Shown here piece by piece: positions 43,289 through 52,883 of a DNA stretch of 64,000 nucleotides. The position numbers and the translations under genes are program-made. This stretch comes from Antedon mediterranea (lineage: Eukaryota > Animalia > Echinodermata): assembly GCF_964355755.1 (NCBI RefSeq), contig NC_092672.1, positions 19,977,237 to 20,041,236 of the forward strand. Direction: 5' to 3'. The notes beneath the pieces were generated by a model that ran no database searches, had not been told where the DNA came from, and was given only the letters and a program-made list of their open reading frames with translations. Within the stretch, counting starts at the first letter, position 1. Each line of letters begins with the position of its first letter.

Positions 43289-43843
43289 ATGTCTGGAAGT
43301 ATATATTTTTCGCAAGGGAGTTGTGTAGATACTGTTATAATAATTAGCGATGATGAGGATACTGTTGTTGTTCCAGGCAGTGATATAGATGATCGTTACA
43401 CGGCGGCCGAAGAGGTTATCCCCGCCGGTATAGATGAAAGAGTCGAGAGGAGTAACAGGCCTACAAGTTGTATATTTACGTACGTGGACGAGGTGGAGAG
43501 AGAATTTTTGTTGAAAATGGAGCGTTTGGTTAAACAATTGTTTGCTGCTCAAGTGTTAGCCAAGTGTTGGGTTTTAAGTAAAGCGGCTTGTTATGGTTGT
43601 GAATTTGACAGGAGCAGTCAAAAAGATCATGATTTTTGTTGCATGAAGTCTCTAGAAGAACAGATTGACTATTTTTATCGGGAGGTTCTGGATAAGAAGT
43701 ATGTTTCACCCGATACCGTTTACAACGAACTAAATATGCACGGAGAATATTCATTGCCTCGGTATAGACATTTCGTTTATTTTCTTGTCAATACCCTGAT
43801 TAATTCAGAGGCTATTTTTAAGCTGTTGTGCGAGGATATTTAA
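43289..43843 (+). CDS. Maverick accessory protein with SIM-like motif and Cys/His cluster
   Basis: 184-aa ATG ORF with VIIISDDED and CYGC-x8-H-x2-CC. Confidence 0.75.
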   Translation: MSGSIYFSQGSCVDTVIIISDDEDTVVVPGSDIDDRYTAAEEVIPAGIDERVERSNRPTSCIFTYVDEVEREFLLKMERLVKQLFAAQVLAKCWVLSKAACYGCEFDRSSQKDHDFCCMKSLEEQIDYFYREVLDKKYVSPDTVYNELNMHGEYSLPRYRHFVYFLVNTLINSEAIFKLLCEDI

Positions 43844-44032
43844 ATTGTGTTTCGCACGTGTCACGGAAACGATTGACCGGAAATAACAATCATTATCTTT
43901 TTAATCACTTTAACGGGCTACTCCCCTTACTGAGCTGCATATATATCGGCGCTGATTCAAACGTAATCATTCAGAACTGACACTCGTCTCACTCTCTCTA
44001 CCTCTCTCCAATTCAGTTAAACGTTATTAGCC

Positions 44033-44779
44033 ATGCATTGTTTACCTACTCCAAAAGTAGCCATCGGCGAGAAGGCCCGTAGGGCTATGAAAAGAGTTAT
44101 GGGGAGTTCTAACGGTCAAGCTGACGTCTGCAGCAGTTTAAAATTACCAAAGATGGCTTCTACATCGGCGAATATATTGGACCCGAGAAAGCCTTTTAAC
44201 GGTCAAACTGACGACTGTAAAGGTTTTAAAAAACCAATGATGCCGCCTACTCAACCAAAGATTACCGTAACATCAACGAATCGGATTTTCTTGTCTGAAA
44301 AACGTCATGTGGTGGCTCAGCGATGGGGTGAAGTTGTTTCTGTTTGCCTCAGAGAGTATTACCAGACGGAAGAAAATGGTGTCTACAAACCTGGTCCTCT
44401 AGGTATTAATTTACCCGTTCTGCTGTGGCAAAAACTTTTCAACAACATTGATATAATTCTCCAGGCTCTAGAAGACTTACAAAAAGACATTAACATGGTG
44501 GTGGCGTTAAGAATCCCGCTTTCTGACTCACCGATAATACATGCGGTAGTAAGTAGTTGGAAAGAAGAGCAGTTTGTGTGTATTCGTCGCTATTACCAAT
44601 CTGAAGAAGGAGGCAAGTTTAAACCCGGTAAAAAAGGTGTAAACCTTCCAAAGAGTCAATGGTTCAAGATAATTGAAAAACACGGGGAAATACAGAAGAT
44701 GATTGAGGAGGTTACCGACAATGTTGGTGTTGACGAAAACGACAACGGAGGACGTACACCATTGACGCTGTTGAAATAA
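44033..44779 (+). CDS. Tandem PC4/p15-like ssDNA-binding domain protein
   Basis: Two copies of the PC4 signature: VCLREYYQ..G.YKPG..GINL...W..L and VCIRRYYQ..GKFKPGKKGVNL..SQW..I. TATA-like element at ~43939. Confidence 0.85.
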   Translation: MHCLPTPKVAIGEKARRAMKRVMGSSNGQADVCSSLKLPKMASTSANILDPRKPFNGQTDDCKGFKKPMMPPTQPKITVTSTNRIFLSEKRHVVAQRWGEVVSVCLREYYQTEENGVYKPGPLGINLPVLLWQKLFNNIDIILQALEDLQKDINMVVALRIPLSDSPIIHAVVSSWKEEQFVCIRRYYQSEEGGKFKPGKKGVNLPKSQWFKIIEKHGEIQKMIEEVTDNVGVDENDNGGRTPLTLLK

Positions 44780-45095
44780 CTTTTTTAATAACAAACTCTA
44801 AATCTAAATATTTTGTTTATCGATGTAACTGTATTTGCAATTTTACTGGTATTCTTTGTATTTTCACGATTAATCTAAATATTTTTTTTTTCTCGTACAA
44901 TTAACTTAAACTTATGTTTAATCCATATTAATACAAACTAAAATTCCAATCGTTGTACTGTATTATATGTGTGTGTGTGTGCTGTGTTAATAAAAAAATT
45001 GTTTTGAAAAATTACAAAAAATAGTTGTTATTCTTTTTTTAAAAAGTAATGTTGCAAGCGTGAGTGTTTCATTTCATCGAGTGAGAGAGTTAGTT

Positions 45096-46154
45096 ATGGA
45101 CAGACTATTGACTGCTACGTACTACGACCCAAAAAATCCCGGTAGTTTCGGGGGTGTCGATCGACTTTACAACAACGTAAAAAATGACTCTAATATTTCA
45201 AAGACTGACGTTCAAGACTGGTTAGAAAAACAAGATACGTACACTCTACATAAACCTATTCAAAGACGATTTCTGAGAAACAGAGTGTTTGTCACAGCTA
45301 TTGACGAACAGTGGGAATTGGATCTCGTTGACTTGTCTTCTTTAAAAAAGTATAATAAACAAAACACGTTTCTTATTACGTGTATAGACGTACTTAGTAA
45401 ATATGCTTGGGTTTTACCTATAAAGAATAAGTCTGCCGATTCTATGCTTACTGCCATGAAAAAACTATTATCTGGAAAAAGAAAGCCATTAAAAATTCAC
45501 ACTGATAAAGGTACAGAGTTTACTAATCGTAAAGTTCAAGCGTACCTAAAAACGTTGAATATACATTTTTTCACTACCAATAACGAAACAAAAGCTAGCG
45601 TCGTGGAAAGATTCAATAGATCGTTGAAAACTAGGATGTGGAAATACTTTACATCAAAAGCTACGCGAAAATATATAGACGTACTTCCGAAATTAGTATC
45701 GAGTTACAATAATTCTAAACATAGATCGATTGGCACGAAGCCCTCGCAGGTTACAAAAGATAACGAACATCAAGTTTGGAAAAATTTATACAAAAAGAAA
45801 CAAAAGAAGCAAGTTCGCCCCAAATTCAAAGAGGGTAATAAAGTACGGATAAGTAGATACAAAATGCCTTTCGAGAAAGGTTACCTCGCAAACTGGACGG
45901 AGGAGATATTTAGGGTGCGTAAACGTATCGGTTCGGCGGTGCCCACGTATAAGCTGGAAGATTGGGACGGTGAAGGTCTGGAAGGTACTTTTTACGAAAA
46001 GGAATTGCAAAAAGTGTCCAAAAACGACAAGGATACGTATCGCGTGGAAGAAGTGCTAAAGAAAAGAAAACGAGGTGGGAAAACGGAATATTTCGTTAAG
46101 TGGCTAGGTTATCCGGTCAAGTTCAACAGTTGGGTTCAGAATATCGACCGGTAA
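45096..46154 (+). CDS. INT: Retroviral-like (rve) integrase with C-terminal chromodomain
   Basis: YYDPKNPGSFGG, DDE motifs (WELDLVD, TDKGTEF, VVERFNRSLK) and chromodomain YRVEEVL...YFVKWLGYP..FNSWV. First ATG at 45096. Confidence 0.97.
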   Translation: MDRLLTATYYDPKNPGSFGGVDRLYNNVKNDSNISKTDVQDWLEKQDTYTLHKPIQRRFLRNRVFVTAIDEQWELDLVDLSSLKKYNKQNTFLITCIDVLSKYAWVLPIKNKSADSMLTAMKKLLSGKRKPLKIHTDKGTEFTNRKVQAYLKTLNIHFFTTNNETKASVVERFNRSLKTRMWKYFTSKATRKYIDVLPKLVSSYNNSKHRSIGTKPSQVTKDNEHQVWKNLYKKKQKKQVRPKFKEGNKVRISRYKMPFEKGYLANWTEEIFRVRKRIGSAVPTYKLEDWDGEGLEGTFYEKELQKVSKNDKDTYRVEEVLKKRKRGGKTEYFVKWLGYPVKFNSWVQNIDR

Positions 46155-46159
46155 ACATC

Positions 46160-46936
46160 ATGGCTGCTCAGTTTTACGTCCTTTTACCTAGCAACAGTTC
46201 CATGAACTGTTTCCCCGAAAATACACTTACGAGCTACACGACCAAGCTGGCGGAGCCTATTCATTTGTACGGTGAATGGGAGGTTGGCTTAAGCGAAATT
46301 TATTATCCCCATACGTGGTATAACGTCGACGATACCAACAATAAATTGCTGGTGAATATAAACGGCATCGAATTAGAGGAAGAAAACTCGTCGACCGTAA
46401 TAGCTATAGCCCCTGGGTTTTATTCATCCGGAGGTAAAGTGATTGATGCTCTTAACGAGGCTTTGACTTCAAAGTCGTTACAGTCCAAAGTGAGATTTCG
46501 GTTCAGCTCAATTACAGAAGTGGTTAACGTAGAAACCGTCGCCGAAGCGTCAGTTACGCTGTTTGATGGATTACCCACATTACTCGGTATGGACAAATCA
46601 TCGATTCCTCGAGGATCTAGTACGTACGGTTCAAGACCCGCGTACATTCACCACAGAGTGCCGACCTTGTTTGTGTATACCGATTTAATCGAATCTCAAC
46701 GAGTTGGAGACGCGAGCGTCCCTATTTTGAAAACGTTACAAACCAGAGAATCAAACATGAAGAAAAATGTCGGACATTCGTTCTCTAGTCCTCAGTACAA
46801 ACGGATGGTGAAAAAAGATATCGATACCATCCTTATAGATATAAGAAACGACACGGGAGAAAAGGTATCATTTCAACGAGGAAGGGTTCTCGTTAAACTA
46901 CATTTCAGACAAGCCAGATCATCGTATCTCGTCTAA
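46160..46936 (+). CDS. Minor capsid protein (penton)
   Basis: FYVLLPSNSS..FPENT...Y...L...I.L.GEWEVGL N-terminus, YTDLIE..VGD and C-terminal LHFR, typical of the Polinton penton. First ATG at 46160. Confidence 0.9.
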   Translation: MAAQFYVLLPSNSSMNCFPENTLTSYTTKLAEPIHLYGEWEVGLSEIYYPHTWYNVDDTNNKLLVNINGIELEEENSSTVIAIAPGFYSSGGKVIDALNEALTSKSLQSKVRFRFSSITEVVNVETVAEASVTLFDGLPTLLGMDKSSIPRGSSTYGSRPAYIHHRVPTLFVYTDLIESQRVGDASVPILKTLQTRESNMKKNVGHSFSSPQYKRMVKKDIDTILIDIRNDTGEKVSFQRGRVLVKLHFRQARSSYLV

Positions 46937-46954
46937 AATAATAAGCATAAAATA

Positions 46955-47341
46955 ATGGGTACAGATGATTACGTAGATTACTACGTCAGACAGGCAGGGG
47001 GTGGCGATATACCGGTGTTTCAAGGATCGTACAATCAAAGGGGATTCGGTTTGGGAGGTATCTTGTCCGGTCTCTTCAAACAGGCTGTACCGATGCTAAA
47101 GAAAGGTGCAAAGGCTCTCGGAAAACAAGCGTTACGCACGGGTGGTGAATTAGTGGGAGATGTTCTGAGCGGTAAAAACGTTAAACAAGCCGCTAAACGC
47201 AGATTTACTCAGGCTGGTCAACGTATCGTTTCCCAAAAAGGTAACGGTCGGATGAATAAAAAGAGAAAACGTAGACGTAAAGGCATCAGTCGATCGAACG
47301 CAAAGAGAGTAAGAAGATCCTCCGATATATTCGATATCTAA
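46955..47341 (+). CDS. Basic core/virion protein with protease-site motifs
   Basis: YY.RQAGGG, QRGFGLGGILSGLF and QKGNG motifs, with an Arg/Lys-rich C-terminus. Lies between penton and MCP. Confidence 0.85.
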   Translation: MGTDDYVDYYVRQAGGGDIPVFQGSYNQRGFGLGGILSGLFKQAVPMLKKGAKALGKQALRTGGELVGDVLSGKNVKQAAKRRFTQAGQRIVSQKGNGRMNKKRKRRRKGISRSNAKRVRRSSDIFDI

Positions 47342-47344
47342 AAA

Positions 47345-48667
47345 ATGGCTTTTGTACACAATCACTCGTGCGAGTGTTTAAAATCGGAATTGGACTTGTT
47401 TTCTGTGCCACCGACACAGACTAGTATAACCAAAGGACAATGGGTACAATATCACCCTTTCAACAGCATCACCGACGTGGGTCCCTTGCAATTCAACATA
47501 CAAGGATCCAGCGAGGAATACATGGATTTGTCTCAGACGATGCTCAACGTTAAACTAAAAATTACTAAACAAGACGGTACCGATCTCCAGCCCGCCGATC
47601 CGGTAGGCCCTGCCAATTTACTTTTGCAATCGTTGTTTAGCGAAGTTGACGTTTCTTTGAACGAGAGATTGATTACCCCTTCGACAAATACTTATTCGTA
47701 TAGGGCGTTAATTGAAACATTACTGACTTATGGATCCGATGCAAAGGATACTCACCTCACGGGTGGATTGTTTCATAAAGACACGGCCGGTAAAATGGAT
47801 GTAGCTGACCCTACGCTAGCCGAAAATGCGGTGAATAAAGGTCTTAAAAAACGGGCTCAATACATCGGTGGTAGTCGTTTTGTCGACTTGATTGGGCCTA
47901 TTCATTGCGATATATTTTTCCAAGATCGAATGATGCTCAACGGCGTAGACGTCAAAATTAAACTGCATCGAAGTAAAAACGCATTTAGTCTCATGTCTTC
48001 AGATGCCGCGGCCGGTTTTAAGATCCACCTGGAAGACGCGTCCTTGTTTGTTCGAAAGGTCCGCCTGAATCCCTCAATCGCGCTCGCCCACGCAAAAGCT
48101 CTGGAACGCGGTCCGGCTAAATACCCGCTGCGCCGCGTTGAGGTCAAGACGTTAACTATACCGCGCGGGAATCTGTCGTTTACCAGGGAATCGCTGTACA
48201 ACGGTAATCTACCGAAACGCTTGGTTGTAGGACTGGTGACCACCGAGGCATTCAACGGTAGCTACGAAAAGAATCCCTACAATTTTCAACATTTCAACAC
48301 CAATTTCCTGGCTCTATATATAGACGGTGAGCAAGTACCGTGGAAACCGTTAAAACCAACGTTCGAAGACGGAGGCAACTACATGCTGGCGTATCAAAGT
48401 CTATTTTCGGGCTCTAACACGCTGTTCCAGGATACCGGAAATCAGATTTCTAGAGACGATTATCCTAGAGGCTATTCGTTGTTTGCTTTTGACCTGACAC
48501 CCGATTTGGCAAACGCCGGACATTTTAATCTAATTCGTCAAGGAAACATACGTTTAGAAATTCAGTTTTCTACGGCTTTGACCGAGACCATCAACATTTT
48601 AGTTTATTCAGAATTTGACTCAATCATCGAAATTGACAAGTCTCGTAACGTGATTCTAGACTTTTAA
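47345..48667 (+). CDS. MCP: Major capsid protein (double jelly-roll)
   Basis: 440 aa, ECLKSELDLF.VPPTQ N-terminus, NPYNFQHF and FAFDLTPD, as in Maverick MCPs. Confidence 0.95.
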   Translation: MAFVHNHSCECLKSELDLFSVPPTQTSITKGQWVQYHPFNSITDVGPLQFNIQGSSEEYMDLSQTMLNVKLKITKQDGTDLQPADPVGPANLLLQSLFSEVDVSLNERLITPSTNTYSYRALIETLLTYGSDAKDTHLTGGLFHKDTAGKMDVADPTLAENAVNKGLKKRAQYIGGSRFVDLIGPIHCDIFFQDRMMLNGVDVKIKLHRSKNAFSLMSSDAAAGFKIHLEDASLFVRKVRLNPSIALAHAKALERGPAKYPLRRVEVKTLTIPRGNLSFTRESLYNGNLPKRLVVGLVTTEAFNGSYEKNPYNFQHFNTNFLALYIDGEQVPWKPLKPTFEDGGNYMLAYQSLFSGSNTLFQDTGNQISRDDYPRGYSLFAFDLTPDLANAGHFNLIRQGNIRLEIQFSTALTETINILVYSEFDSIIEIDKSRNVILDF

Positions 48668-48669
48668 TT

Positions 48670-49194
48670 ATGGATACGATACAACTATTGAGGTTAATTA
48701 AATCAGATCCGTTGGCTAGTAGATACTTTCGAGGGGTGTACCCTTCTGACTTGCTGCCTTCGGGTGATGAGGGATATCCTAGGGCTTACATAGCAAACGT
48801 TGAGCCTAGCGATCAAAACGGTTCGCATTGGGTAGCCTTCTTTTTTAATAATTTAAACAAAGGTGAATTTTTCGATTCTTTCGGGAATCCTCCGAATTAC
48901 TATAATAAACATTTTGTTAATTTTCTCGAAAACTCTGTGGAAAGTTGGACATTTAACGATAAAGCGTTACAAGCGCCCTTGTCTACGGTATGTGGACAGT
49001 ATTGTATTTTCTATATTCTTCATAAATGTAGAAGAGTGGATACGTCCACGATAGTAAATATGTTTGGTAAAGATAAACCGTCCAATGATTGGTTCGTCAA
49101 CGATTTTGTAAAACGTCGATACGACGTTAACTTCCCCGTATACGATAGCGAGTATATTAAAGTACAATTTGTTAAAATGTTGTTGAATGCTTAG
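48670..49194 (+). CDS. PRO: Adenain-like cysteine maturation protease
   Basis: GSHWVA (His), FFDSFG (Asp) and LQ....VCGQYC (Gln/Cys) catalytic motifs are intact. Confidence 0.95.
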   Translation: MDTIQLLRLIKSDPLASRYFRGVYPSDLLPSGDEGYPRAYIANVEPSDQNGSHWVAFFFNNLNKGEFFDSFGNPPNYYNKHFVNFLENSVESWTFNDKALQAPLSTVCGQYCIFYILHKCRRVDTSTIVNMFGKDKPSNDWFVNDFVKRRYDVNFPVYDSEYIKVQFVKMLLNA

Positions 49195-49353
49195 TAAATA
49201 AAAATTGTTTTTAAAATGGATATGTTTTTTTTTGTACGTTTGTAATTGTATTTATCGAGTGACTACAACAACAACAACAACAAGTTCGAGTTTATTACTT
49301 TTTTTATTTATTCAATTCCTTTCCTCATTATAGTACATAAAGGTTAATGTTGT

Positions 49354-50133
49354 TTAAAAATTTAACCATTTAGGTTTAGGCTGTCTAGTTGATCGCCTCC
49401 TAGCGGGTGCTCGAAAGGTAAGTTTTTCATCATCATCATCATCATCATCATCATCGTCAAAGTCGTAATCGTCCTCCTTCTTTCGTTTAGGTAATGCGAG
49501 AGATGGTGTTCCGCTCGATTTAATTCTTTGTAAGGTACGACGTCTCGTAGGATTTCCAATCAAACTTTCTGGGGTGTTCAATTTCGCCAATACCGTTATA
49601 AACTCTCTCCAGCCTATAGGTTCAAATCCTTTCTTTTCTTGAATTATGTCTTTTGTCAAATCGAGTAAATTACTTCCTTTTACCGCTTGTCCTTCGATTA
49701 GTAATTCGCCGTATCTTGACCAATCAATTACGCCCATCTTCCGGTAACGGTCTATCCGGTCTAGAAATGTTTTCGTTTTGGATTTCAACGATGAGGGCAT
49801 ACTTTGTAGTATTTCTTTCGATATAGAATACGTATAATCGTCTTCAGATTCGGCGCCTTTTTCGTTTTTTTCAACGTTCACCGTTTCTTGTACGTTCAAG
49901 TTCATAGGAGATGGATTATTTACCGGTTTCTCTTTATTTAAATATCGTTGAAGTACTTGATTGTACATGGTAATTTTATCGTAATCGTGCAAGTCATCCC
50001 TTTCGAGTATACCCCTCATAGAATTATCTAAACCAGAAGTGATTGTTTCGTGATTTTTCTCGTAACGTTTACTGTACAAAGCCGTGTTTGCCAGTTCTTG
50101 AGGTATCAATACCATTTTCTTGGTGTGCTGCAT
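49354..50133 (-). CDS. Conserved Maverick protein of unknown function with acidic/basic tail
   Basis: 259 aa with KKMVLIP, YNQVLQRYL, W..YGEL...G..V.GSN..DL and PIGW..F...L...N.P..LIGN motifs that I recall from Maverick core genes. Confidence 0.8.
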   Translation of the reverse strand: MQHTKKMVLIPQELANTALYSKRYEKNHETITSGLDNSMRGILERDDLHDYDKITMYNQVLQRYLNKEKPVNNPSPMNLNVQETVNVEKNEKGAESEDDYTYSISKEILQSMPSSLKSKTKTFLDRIDRYRKMGVIDWSRYGELLIEGQAVKGSNLLDLTKDIIQEKKGFEPIGWREFITVLAKLNTPESLIGNPTRRRTLQRIKSSGTPSLALPKRKKEDDYDFDDDDDDDDDDEKLTFRAPARRRSTRQPKPKWLNF

Positions 50134-50459
50134 TATTTCAATAGTAAACTACCCAATGTTTGAAGAATCGGTTGTAATATAAGACCGAGGAAGCCGCCCT
50201 TTTGAACGAGTAAACGCTTTCTCTTGAGAGGCGAAAGGCCTTTATTGGTAATATCACGCAAGTGTTTCTTGTACCGAGTCAACTTCTTCTTGTGAGCGTT
50301 GGATACTTGCACTCGACCTTTTAAAACGTTCATTGCGCATTCGCACAAAGCCGATACCAGCTGATCGTCGGCATTTTCCAGGATTAGTTTTCTTTGACGC
50401 GGTGAACAGTGGGCTAGGAAACGAATAGTTTCAGCGTTCTTTTTGATACGTTTCGACAT
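50133..50459 (-). CDS. Small basic Maverick virion protein with C-terminal QKGG|FL amphipathic tail
   Basis: 108 aa with LCECAMNVLKG. C-terminus QKGGFLGLILQPILQTLGSLL resembles the adenovirus pX GG|FLPAL tail. Confidence 0.85.
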   Translation of the reverse strand: MSKRIKKNAETIRFLAHCSPRQRKLILENADDQLVSALCECAMNVLKGRVQVSNAHKKKLTRYKKHLRDITNKGLSPLKRKRLLVQKGGFLGLILQPILQTLGSLLLK

Positions 50460-50508
50460 GTTGTTGGTAAACGGGTAAATGATTTAACGCAACGGTACAG
50501 GTAACGTT

Positions 50509-51144
50509 TTATATTCTCGGTACGTAAACAAAGTGATTATTTTTTGAAAATATGTTACTTCTAACTCTCATCTCCTCCGGAGTATTTGCTTTTAGGTCGA
50601 TTAAAAGAAAGCCGTACGGTACACGGGTAGCGTCTTCAAAAGCCTCCTGTAGAAATCGTCCTTTGCCGGGGTACATTTGTTTGGATAGGTTAGCTATTTG
50701 AGATTTATCCCGAGGGTTTTTAAACAGTATTATATAGTGAGCGTTTAAAGTGATGGTACGGATTTCTTTAGAACCGTAGAAAAAGTTTTGCATAATGAAC
50801 ATAACCGAAATGTTTCTATGATGCGATCCCTTTGTAAACATATTTACCACTCTTTTATCGCGACTACACTCGGTCATTAAATCATCGATGATTACTAAAT
50901 GGTTTTTTGACGGTTCCATCGTTTCTATCGAATCCATAGGTATTCCTTCTATAAATTGAATGTTGTTAATAGACCCGCTCAGTTCGGTGAAAAGGGGTTG
51001 ATATTCACCATAACACCACGTGATGTCATCGAACGGCTTATCGAAATAATTGCTTTCCAATAATTGCTTCACGAAATATGATTTCCCCGATGAGGTCGGT
51101 CCACTAATTACGGCGGTGAAGGGGGTTACCAGTACACACGTCAT
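50509..51144 (-). CDS. FtsK/A32-like genome-packaging ATPase
   Basis: Walker A GPTSSGKS, Walker B LVIIDD, GSHHRN and MQN motifs. First ATG at 51144. Confidence 0.95.
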   Translation of the reverse strand: MTCVLVTPFTAVISGPTSSGKSYFVKQLLESNYFDKPFDDITWCYGEYQPLFTELSGSINNIQFIEGIPMDSIETMEPSKNHLVIIDDLMTECSRDKRVVNMFTKGSHHRNISVMFIMQNFFYGSKEIRTITLNAHYIILFKNPRDKSQIANLSKQMYPGKGRFLQEAFEDATRVPYGFLLIDLKANTPEEMRVRSNIFSKNNHFVYVPRI

Positions 51145-51353
51145 CTTCAGTTTTAATGATTCATCGCCTTTGTATATCGGTACTTTATAACGAGGTATAA
51201 CAACCCAATATAGAATAAATGAAAGGGGAAGGGAGACGAGAATATAAACCAATAGGAGATTAATAAAGATAATTACGTAAACGATTGATTGTATATCAAA
51301 ACCTAAAAATCAATTCCAACGTCATTAACGTCCTTGTACTAATAGAGAGAGAA

Positions 51354-51721
51354 ATGGCAGATTTGGAAAAACTAACTTTATCGTACATTGAATATAAATT
51401 AACGGGGAAAGTTGTGTGGGATTCCCCAATCCTCCATAGTACTATTCGCCTTTGTAACGAGGTGGAGAAAAAGTATGGATTGATTGCATTGTGTAACGAA
51501 ATTACTTCGGAGACGCTGGATAGTGTGCTGAAACAAATGATGATTGATCAACACATACACGTCGGTAGACTCGTGACAGGAATTTCAGTGTGCGCAAGTG
51601 TTGCCACGCAGTGTGCTACTGGTTTAGAATTAGAAAACGTTTTACACGTTTCTTGCGAATTTGTGAAGGAAAAGTTTTCCTCGTTAGAACTTTGTAACGA
51701 CAGTGATTTGGTAAGTAAATT

Positions 51722-51754
<33 letters not shown>

Positions 51755-51929
51755 CAATTATTCTCATTTTTCGGTAATCAAGTGTTTCTATATTATCTTT
51801 TATTTATTATTATTATTTTTATAGGAACTTGTTCTATGTAGTACGAAGCTAGGAATTAACAAAGCATGGTACTTGATCGACTGGCTAGTAGGCTTTTATA
51901 AGGCCTTGCTGGAACGAATTGTTTGGTGA
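51354..51929 (+). CDS. Bcl-2-like protein, 2 exons (51354-51710, 51825-51929), 153 aa
   Basis: BH4-like LTLSYIEYKL, BH3-like IRLCNEVEKKY, BH1-like IDQHIHVGRLV. Intron gtaagt...ttttatag in phase 0. Exon 2 is open to TGA and followed by AATAAA. Confidence 0.7.
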
Positions 51930-52149
51930 CGTCGGATAAATAAAAAAAATTTAAACGAGAAAGAGGAGAGATTACAATATTTATATTGGATACGATAAAA
52001 TAAAAAATTACAGTCACCATTACGTACGTCTATTGTTGTTGTTGTTTGTTATCGTCATCGTCTACGTCAACATTAAGAAACAGCCAAGTATATATATTAT
52101 AAAACAAGTACAGTGATTAAATTTATTTCAAATTTCGTATAAAACAAAA

Positions 52150-52670
52150 ATAACTTTACAAAAATGTATTTGCTTAATCCGCAAAATGAGAAACGGTATC
52201 GACATAAGAATTCAAGTCGAAAAATATTTAAATTAAAATTACAAAAAATATTGCTTAATCTATAAAAATAGATATTATAAGTATAAAATTTACTTAATCT
52301 ACAAAAAAAAAAAAAGAGAAACGGTATCGACATAAGAATTCAAGTGGTAAAATATTTAAATTAAAATTACAGAAATATTGCTTAATCTATAAAAATAGAT
52401 ATTATAAGTATAAAATTTATTAACATTAAAACAGTTATAACAATATTTACTTAATCTACAAAAAGGAGAAACGGTATCGACATAAGAAATTCAAGTGGAA
52501 AAATATATTTACTTAATTTACAAAAAGGAGAAACGGTATCGACATAAGAATTCAAGTGGTAAAATATTTAAATTAAAATTACGAAATATATGTACTTAAT
52601 CTACAAAAAGAGAAACGGTATCGACAAAAGAAAATCAAGCGGAAAAATATTTAAAAATATATTTACTTAA
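52150..52670. repeat. Degenerate AT-rich repeats between Bcl-2-like gene and pPolB
   Basis: Five copies of gagaaacggtatcgaca(t/a)aagaa.tcaag at ~52188, 52316, 52466, 52528 and 52610, irregularly spaced. Confidence 0.85.
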
Positions 52671-52883
52671 CCCCGCAAAAATTCGACTTTAAAAAACGGG
52701 TATAAAAATTATTTATATTAAAACAGGTATAAAAATATTTACATTAAAACTACAAATTCAAACTATAAAAAAAAAAAAAAAAAAAAAAAAGAGAGAGTAC
52801 GGTAAAGAATGTAAAAAGAGTAACAAATAATTATCTATAACAAAGTATGTTTACATTTTAAAAAAGAAATTTATGGCCGTGAT

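Larger units (their letters stand above)
42380..43538 (+). repeat. Left terminal inverted repeat (~1.16 kb)
   Basis: Reverse complement of 57978-59130. Confidence 0.95.

Noticed and set aside
51711-51824. Poly-Phe transmembrane tail of ORF 51285-51824
   Set aside because: It is translated intron (gtaagt...poly-T...tag).
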